Position numbers and translations under genes: made by a program
NCBI GenBank assembly: GCA_964490075.1
Contig: CAZBBK010000059.1
Location: 1 to 38,851 of the forward strand
Direction of reading: 5' to 3'
DNA: 38,851 nucleotides
From: an uncultured Gemmatimonadota bacterium
GTDB lineage: Bacteria > GCA-2686955
The notes under the pieces: generated by a model
What the model saw: only the letters and a program-made list of their open reading frames with translations
Told to the model about the DNA's origin: nothing
Database searches by the model: none
In this document: positions 32,876 through 38,851 of the stretch, piece after piece
Position numbering within the stretch: position 1 is the first letter of the stretch
Layout: every line of letters starts with the position of its first letter

Positions 32876-35440
32876 ATGAGAATGCGCACGTGGATGGCGG
32901 CGGCCGCAGCGGCCGTTGTGACCCTGGATCCGGCGGGCACCGCGTCCGCCATCTGGAGCTCGGAAGGTGGCGAGCACGATTCGCCCGAGCCGCCGATTCG
33001 CCGCTCCGAGCAAGGAGCCCAGGCTGGATCCGAGGTTCAGCAGCTCTGCCATGACGTGTCGAATCTGTGGCTTCTGGTCTCCAACTTCGGGGTCTTCGGT
33101 CTCGCCGAAGAGACCAACGTCAATCCCTACGAAGAGACCTGCGGCCACGAGGGCTATATCTCCTGCCAGTTCCCGGCCCGCGGTGGCTACGACTATCTGT
33201 TTCAGGGCGCTCTCTGGGTCGGCGCCATCGTCGGCGACGACACTCTGGTGAGTGTCGGCCACGACGGCTGGCAGCTCGAGCTGGAGTTCTTCCCGGGCAC
33301 CGACGCTGCCGACACGATTCAGGCCTACACCAACAACCCGAGCGCGGCAAACTACGATTCGGTGCTCGGTCTGGCGGACCAGAGCTTCGTCGCCGAGTAC
33401 ACCGATACGCTGACCGCGGCCGACGATCCGAACGTCTCCCCGAACCACCGCAAGCCGCTGAATATCAGCGTGCGACAGACCTCGCACGCGCTCTCTTTCA
33501 GCTACGCCGAGGATTTCGTCATCTTCGACTACGAGATCGAGAATCTCGGCCTGAAGACTCTGAAGGACGTATTCATCGGCATCTACCTCGATGGCGACGT
33601 GGGGCCGGTCCCGCAGAACGATACTGATGCCTCCGCCAACGCGCAGGACGACGTCACGGGCTTCCGGCGCTTCTCCGCCGACGGCTTGAAGCAGATCGAC
33701 GCGGCGTGGCTGGCCGACTACGACGGCCCCGAGTATCGCAACCTCGGTTCCGGCGACGGCGTGCTGGTGCCTGGCGTGATGGGCGTGCGAGTGGTTCGCT
33801 CGCCGGCCAAGGAGCTGCTCACGACATTCAACTGGTGGCTCTCCGATACCGACGATCAGAAGGATTGGGGGCCGGGGAGCTCGTTCCCGACCGGAGGTGA
33901 CGGTACTCCGGACGGGGATATCGCCAAGTATCTGATCATGAGCGGCTGGCAGAACAGGCAGCTCTCGGATCCCGGAATCGATCCCGACCAGCTCGACTCG
34001 ACGCTGCCCGCCGGAGGCGACGTTGGCGCCGAAGATACCCGCTTCCTGTTCTCATTCGGTCCCTTCACCATCGAACCGGGGGCCGCGGAAAAGCTGCCCT
34101 TCACGCTCGGCTATTTCTGCGCCGAAAACTTCTGGCAGGCCGGTGACGTCGCGGCCAACGACTTCACCGACTTCGACATCAACGCGCAGTGGGTGCAATT
34201 CGTCTTCGACAACCCCGGAGTGGATACCGACTCCTACGACTATGGCGCCGACGGCATCCCGAACACCGCGGACGCCGGTGAGGCCGATGGGATCTACGAT
34301 ACCGGCGACTTCTTCGCCGGCGAGGACACTGGCGCCGACGGCCTGCCGGGGACCTTCGACGCGGGAGAAGGAAACGGCGTGTTGGATGCCGGTGAAGATA
34401 CCGCGTTGGGCTACGTGATCCGTTGGATCGACCCCGATCCCGGCAACCCGGAACAGACCGGGCTCGAGTACCTGCGCAGCATCGCCGCGGAGATCGACTG
34501 GGATCAGGATGTCGAAGAGATCATGGCCGACTACCCGCGCGTGCACCTGGTCAACGAGGCGCGTTTCGGCGCCGAGAACGGCAGGCTCGATGAAGGGGAC
34601 GGAGTGCCCGACTTCTCCGGACCGCCGCCGCCTCCCTCGCCGACTCTGAAGGTCGAGAAGCCCGATGCCAACCACTTGGTCTTCAAGTGGTCCGACGACG
34701 CGGAGAGCTTCGTCGACGGCTTCATTCCGGAGCAGAATCGACGCCGCGACTTCCAGGGCTATCGGGTCTACGTGAGCCGAACCGGCGCCGGGAGTGATTT
34801 CACCAACATCGTCGACCTCGACATCGCCCAGGTGCCGATCTACGACGAAGAGCTGAACATCATCGGCTACCAGGCCGACTCGCTGGGGCGGAACACCGGC
34901 TTCGAGGCGATTCTCAACACCGACGCCGACTCCACGGAGTATCGCTACCGCTACGCGTACGGGCCTCTGCTCTCGAACTGGCCCGTCTATTGCGCGGTCA
35001 CCGCCTACGACAACGGCTATCCGCCGGCGAATCTGGGTTCGCTGGAGTCGAGCGTGTTCAACAACGCGCAGGCGATTACTCCGACGACCCCGGCTGCCGA
35101 CGTGGCGCAAGCCCCGATCATGGTCGTCCCCAACCCGTACAAGATCACCACCGACTATCGCGACGGGTGGGAGAAGGACACACAGTCCTGGACCGAGTTC
35201 GATCGCAGGATCGCTTTCACCAATCTGCCGGGAAGGTCGACGATCCGGATCTTCACGCTCTCTGGCGACTTGGTCGACGAGTTCGACTTCGTGCCGGAGC
35301 ACGAGGACGACACGATGGCCGACTGGGATCTGATCTCGCGCAACGGTCAGGCCATCGTCAGCGGCATCTACCTCTTCGCGGTCGAGCCGGCGGGTGGCGG
35401 CGGCGACACCGAAGTCGGCAAGTTCGTGGTTCTCAAGTAG
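32876..35440 (+). CDS. Secreted acidic 854-aa protein with FN3-like domain and T9SS-like C-terminal domain; function unknown
   Basis: Signal peptide ending ASA; SCQFP...YLFQGALWVGAI N-domain; PPPPPSP linker; FN3-like VFKW...FQGYRVY...AVTAYDNG; CTD VVPNPY...FTNLP...IRIFTLSGDLV...WD...SGIYLF...GKFVVLK; GGAGG SD. Confidence 0.85.
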   Translation: MRMRTWMAAAAAAVVTLDPAGTASAIWSSEGGEHDSPEPPIRRSEQGAQAGSEVQQLCHDVSNLWLLVSNFGVFGLAEETNVNPYEETCGHEGYISCQFPARGGYDYLFQGALWVGAIVGDDTLVSVGHDGWQLELEFFPGTDAADTIQAYTNNPSAANYDSVLGLADQSFVAEYTDTLTAADDPNVSPNHRKPLNISVRQTSHALSFSYAEDFVIFDYEIENLGLKTLKDVFIGIYLDGDVGPVPQNDTDASANAQDDVTGFRRFSADGLKQIDAAWLADYDGPEYRNLGSGDGVLVPGVMGVRVVRSPAKELLTTFNWWLSDTDDQKDWGPGSSFPTGGDGTPDGDIAKYLIMSGWQNRQLSDPGIDPDQLDSTLPAGGDVGAEDTRFLFSFGPFTIEPGAAEKLPFTLGYFCAENFWQAGDVAANDFTDFDINAQWVQFVFDNPGVDTDSYDYGADGIPNTADAGEADGIYDTGDFFAGEDTGADGLPGTFDAGEGNGVLDAGEDTALGYVIRWIDPDPGNPEQTGLEYLRSIAAEIDWDQDVEEIMADYPRVHLVNEARFGAENGRLDEGDGVPDFSGPPPPPSPTLKVEKPDANHLVFKWSDDAESFVDGFIPEQNRRRDFQGYRVYVSRTGAGSDFTNIVDLDIAQVPIYDEELNIIGYQADSLGRNTGFEAILNTDADSTEYRYRYAYGPLLSNWPVYCAVTAYDNGYPPANLGSLESSVFNNAQAITPTTPAADVAQAPIMVVPNPYKITTDYRDGWEKDTQSWTEFDRRIAFTNLPGRSTIRIFTLSGDLVDEFDFVPEHEDDTMADWDLISRNGQAIVSGIYLFAVEPAGGGGDTEVGKFVVLK

Positions 35441-35466
35441 AGACTCGAAAAAGGAGACAGAACCCC

Positions 35467-36426
35467 ATGAAGGCAAAGGCTCTGATCCTGACAACCGGGT
35501 GGTTCCTGGTGGTGTCGGGTGCCCACGCGCAGGACAAGGTCGGGACCGCCGCTGCGCAGTTCCTGAAGGTGGGGGTGAGTGCGCGTGCCGTCGGCATGGG
35601 CGACGCCCACGTGGCAGCGGCCGACGACGCATCCGGGCTCTTCTACAACCCGGCGGCGATCACGGCGGTTCCAGGGGGAGAGGCCTTGCTCTCCCACATC
35701 GATCTCTATCACGGGGCGGGAATCTCCTACGAGTTCGCCGGCGTCGTGCTGCCGACCTACGTGGCCTCCGGCCGGGTCGGCTTGAGCTTCCAGGCGTTGC
35801 GCACCGACGACATGGCCGAGACGACACCGAGCGCTCCGACCGGAACCGGTCGCCATTTCCGATCGTCGGAGTACGCGCTCGCCGGCAGCTATGCACTGGA
35901 GCTCACCGACAAGTTCTCCGCCGGCTTCACCTTCCGTTTCATCACCTCGTTCCTGGCCAACCTGGACGCCTACCGCGAAGAGGCTGCGGTCGATGCGTCG
36001 GCCAGCTCCTGGGGAATCGACATCGGGACCTTGTATCGCACCGGCTATCACGGCATCAACTTTGGCATGGCGATCAGCAACTTCGGTCCCGATCTCACCT
36101 ACCTGGTCGAGCCCGCACCGCTGCCGATCAACTTCAAGGTCGGTGTCTCCGCCGACGCCTTCCGCAGCGCGGGCCAGGCGCTGGTGGTCGCGGTCGAAGG
36201 CAGCCATCCCAACGACAACCGCGAGCGCGCCAATGTCGGCGCCGAGTACAGCCTCGGTGATTGGGTGGCGCTGCGCGGTGGCTATCGTTTCGAGTACGAC
36301 GACGAGAAATGGAGCCTCGGGGGCGGCGTGAAGCTCTCGGGCGGGTCGGTGCGATTCGACTACGCCTACACCTCCATGGAGATCCTCCCCGACGTTCACA
36401 GATACACGCTGGGGATTCGCTTCTAG
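35467..36426 (+). CDS. PorV/PorQ-family (UPF0164-like) outer-membrane beta-barrel
   Basis: Signal peptide ending AHA; KVGTAAAQFLKVGVSARAVGMGDA...DASGLFYNPA, NFGP, LPINFKVG, HPNDNRE, GAEY, LRGGY, FDYAY; terminal Phe; AAGGAG SD. Confidence 0.88.
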   Translation: MKAKALILTTGWFLVVSGAHAQDKVGTAAAQFLKVGVSARAVGMGDAHVAAADDASGLFYNPAAITAVPGGEALLSHIDLYHGAGISYEFAGVVLPTYVASGRVGLSFQALRTDDMAETTPSAPTGTGRHFRSSEYALAGSYALELTDKFSAGFTFRFITSFLANLDAYREEAAVDASASSWGIDIGTLYRTGYHGINFGMAISNFGPDLTYLVEPAPLPINFKVGVSADAFRSAGQALVVAVEGSHPNDNRERANVGAEYSLGDWVALRGGYRFEYDDEKWSLGGGVKLSGGSVRFDYAYTSMEILPDVHRYTLGIRF

Positions 36427-36478
36427 CGGGTCCACGGCGAGTGGCCCGGAAGCCCGGGCGAAGAAGCGGTGCGCTCTG

Positions 36479-36507
36479 TTGACCGCGCGTGACGGCGCTG
36501 CTAGCTT
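36479..36507 (+). promoter_or_regulatory. Putative sigma-70 promoter for the second Asp-box/CTD gene
   Basis: TTGACC, 17-nt spacer ending in TGC (extended -10), TAGCTT. Confidence 0.55.
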
Positions 36508-36643
36508 GCGCACCTTCGAACATAAGACGGTTTGACGGCGTCGGCCCCACTCGGAGCCTCTCGGGCTCTCGGTTCGGTTGGAGCCGTGTATCGCGGAAAC
36601 TCCGTGGTATGGGCGCCTGAACCCTGTCTCACGAGGAGACGAG

Positions 36644-38479
36644 ATGATCAATCGCTATGCGTTGGTGCTCACCGCACCGGCCGTCATGCTCTCGTCGGGA
36701 TTGGCGAGCCAGGCCGTGGCCTCGATGACCACCATCAGGCACGCCGAAAGGGTCCCCAATGCCACGGTCGGCAACGAGATTCACAAAGCGGGAAGCTACT
36801 TCGCGGTTCCCCCGTTGGACTCGGTGCTGGTGGTGCAGAACGGCATCGATCGAGGCGGTGACTTCAGCGGCCCGACCGACTACCCGCAAGAGCGCCACGT
36901 GGTGTACGTGCCCTCCGAGGACACCTACTTCGCGTTCTACGAGTGGAACACCGCGAACGACTTCATGATCAGCGCCCGCTATTGGCAAGAGGTCGCCGGC
37001 TTCGGCTTCTGGTCGGCCGAGGGCACGCCGTCGGAGCGCGGTACGCAGCAAGACGCTGGCCGTCCCAGCGCGCACGAGTACGACGGTGGCGTGATGGTCG
37101 CCTACCACGCGACCTTCGACCTGAACGTCTACAACACCTGGATCAATCGCTTCGACTTCGCGACGCAGTCGTGGGGAACCAGCGTGCAGATCACCGACCA
37201 CGCGGTCGGCAGCACCTTCCCCTTCCTTGATCGCTCTTCGGACGATACCTGGATGATCGTGTCGCAAGAGGGCCCAGGCCCGGTCGATATCGTCGTCAAC
37301 ATCTCCAACGACGACGGCGCGACCTGGACCCAGAACACCGTGGCGACTGGCGTCAACGACATGTGGTGCCTGCCGAGCGGCGCGGCCGATCCCAGCAACG
37401 GCGATCTCTACGTCGCTTACAACGACGATCTGGATGACGATAACGATCTGGATATCGTGGTCCACCAGTCGACCGACGGCGGCATGACCTGGAGCGCGCC
37501 GCAAATGGTCGCCGACGGCGCGATCTACAGCCAGAAGATCGAGCCCTCTCTGGTCGTCGACCAAACGCACCGCGTGCACCTGGTTTACCAGGGCAATATC
37601 TCCGACGAAATCAGCGCGGGCTTGTCCGGGCTCACCACCATCGGCGTCGCGGGTCCGCCCTATCACAGCTACGGCGCGTTCGTCGCCGGTGCCTGGGTGC
37701 CGGAGCTGACCATCCCGATCATGGATCGGGACGAGCTGGTGGCGCTGCCCGACAGCTGCGAGATGGGACCGACGCTGGCCAACCTGGCCACCGACACCCT
37801 CACCGGTATGCCGCAGCTCGGCATCTACCGGGGAATGCAGGGTGATCAGCTCTATGTCGGCTACAACTCCTCCTACCAGTCGATCTTCGACACTGAGCAG
37901 GGCGGCTGGCTGATCTGCGGTCCCGGCTTCCAGACCTGGATGCAGAAGTGCGAGGTCGGTGCCGACGAGGCGGACACGCTGGTCTGGTCGGAGCGCACCA
38001 TGGTGTCGGATATCTCCATCGACGACGCCCTGCTCGGCAAGAACACCATCTACACCCACACCACGCACGAGATCCCCTTGGCCGGTCCGGGCTTCATCTG
38101 GTCCGAGATGTTCGAGGCTTTGCAGCCGGCCGAGGTGATGTTCAATCGACCCGAGGTGGTCGGGATCGAAGGCGATCGACCCGGTGCGCCCACGGCCCCG
38201 GGCAAGGTGGCATTGCACCAGAATGCCCCGAACCCCTTCAATCCGTCGACCCGCATCGGTTTCGAGCTGGCCGAGGCCGGTTCGGTCGAGCTGAACGTGT
38301 ATGACGCCAGCGGCCGCAAAGTCCGCAGCCTGGCACAGGGTGAGATGTCGGCCGGATCGCACAAGGTGCGGTGGGACGGCACCACCGACCAGGGCGCGAC
38401 GGTTGCTTCGGGCGTCTACTTCTACCGTCTGACGACCCAGAGCGAGACCCAGACGCGGTCGATGCTGATCCTCAAGTAG
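36644..38479 (+). CDS. Secreted BNR/Asp-box (sialidase-fold-like) protein with FlgD-Ig/T9SS-type C-terminal domain
   Basis: Signal peptide ending AVA; Asp-boxes SNDDGATW and STDGGMTW; CTD QNAPNPFNPSTRIGF...VYDASGRKVR...WDGT...ASGVYFYRL...SMLILK; GAGGAG SD before ATG 36644. Confidence 0.85.
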   Translation: MINRYALVLTAPAVMLSSGLASQAVASMTTIRHAERVPNATVGNEIHKAGSYFAVPPLDSVLVVQNGIDRGGDFSGPTDYPQERHVVYVPSEDTYFAFYEWNTANDFMISARYWQEVAGFGFWSAEGTPSERGTQQDAGRPSAHEYDGGVMVAYHATFDLNVYNTWINRFDFATQSWGTSVQITDHAVGSTFPFLDRSSDDTWMIVSQEGPGPVDIVVNISNDDGATWTQNTVATGVNDMWCLPSGAADPSNGDLYVAYNDDLDDDNDLDIVVHQSTDGGMTWSAPQMVADGAIYSQKIEPSLVVDQTHRVHLVYQGNISDEISAGLSGLTTIGVAGPPYHSYGAFVAGAWVPELTIPIMDRDELVALPDSCEMGPTLANLATDTLTGMPQLGIYRGMQGDQLYVGYNSSYQSIFDTEQGGWLICGPGFQTWMQKCEVGADEADTLVWSERTMVSDISIDDALLGKNTIYTHTTHEIPLAGPGFIWSEMFEALQPAEVMFNRPEVVGIEGDRPGAPTAPGKVALHQNAPNPFNPSTRIGFELAEAGSVELNVYDASGRKVRSLAQGEMSAGSHKVRWDGTTDQGATVASGVYFYRLTTQSETQTRSMLILK

Positions 38480-38504
38480 CAGACGACCTTTCGCGCGGCA
38501 CAGC

Positions 38505-38540
38505 AAGGCCCGCCGCTCCGATCTCGGAGCGGCGGGCCTT
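38505..38540 (+). terminator. Perfect 16-bp hairpin, probable terminator
   Basis: AAGGCCCGCCGCTCCG-ATCT-CGGAGCGGCGGGCCTT, 25 nt after the stop codon. Confidence 0.8.
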
Positions 38541-38691
38541 CGTGCGTCTGGTGGTCATCGCGCTGTGTGTTGGGGGCGCGACGGGTTCTTCAGCGATTGC
38601 TGCGCCTGGTTCTCCGCTGATCGAGAGGCCGCAGAAAAGGCACGGGGATTCAGAGCGGGGATGTGGTCTCGCGTCAGAGCACCATGTCGTT

Positions 38692-38717
38692 GTCATTCCG
38701 GCGAAAGCCGGAATCCA
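38692..38717. repeat. Small palindromic REP-like element (dRS3/RPE-type GTCATTCC..GAAA..GGAATCCA)
   Basis: GTCATTCCGGCGAAAGCCGGAATCCA: ATTCCGGC/GCCGGAAT stem with GAAA loop; reverse strand reads WIPAFAGMT. Single copy in this window. Confidence 0.65.
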
Positions 38718-38809
38718 CGCCTGCACGACTGCCCACTTCGTGCGACGGTTCGCCAACTCGCGGCTGCCCCGCCTCAACGAAAGCGGCCCTGCGCGGGACC
38801 CCACACCGA

Positions 38810-38846
<37 letters not shown>

Positions 38847-38851
38847 GAGAA

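Noticed and set aside
38472-38804. Minus-strand 110-aa ORF containing WIPAFAGMT
   Set aside because: The motif is the translation of the palindromic repeat; the ORF crosses a terminator and has no recognisable domain.

Overview
GC-rich bacterial chromosomal window with 29 supportable CDSs, all on the + strand; both ends look like low-quality homopolymer sequence. Three secreted proteins with T9SS/FlgD-Ig-type C-terminal domains plus a PorV/PorQ-like barrel suggest (inference) a diderm of the FCB superphylum outside Bacteroidota, such as a Latescibacterota/Eisenbacteria/Krumholzibacteriota/Zixibacteria-like lineage. Order: groES-groEL; a housekeeping run (DapL-like aminotransferase, folB, folK, deoxynucleoside kinase, panB, panC, C-terminally truncated GlmU-like protein, LytR_C protein, rsfS, PfkB kinase, hypothetical, purM); a consensus sigma-54 promoter ahead of a pseudo-receiver sigma-54 activator and an orphan PrkA/YeaG ATPase; three-subunit propionyl-CoA carboxylase plus the methylmalonyl-CoA mutase substrate-binding subunit; an Asp-box protein with FlgD-Ig CTD; gcvT-gcvH-gcvP plus a LipM-like transferase; and a cell-surface module. 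That module is a 1399-aa TonB-dependent receptor with a ~515-aa acidic repeat insertion, an 854-aa CTD-bearing secreted protein sharing the same repeat, a dedicated PorV-like barrel, and a second Asp-box/CTD protein. It is the best candidate for an uncharacterised system; the sigma-54/PrkA cassette is second. No rRNA, tRNA, CRISPR array or transposase was recognised. All calls come from reading motifs by eye, without database searches.
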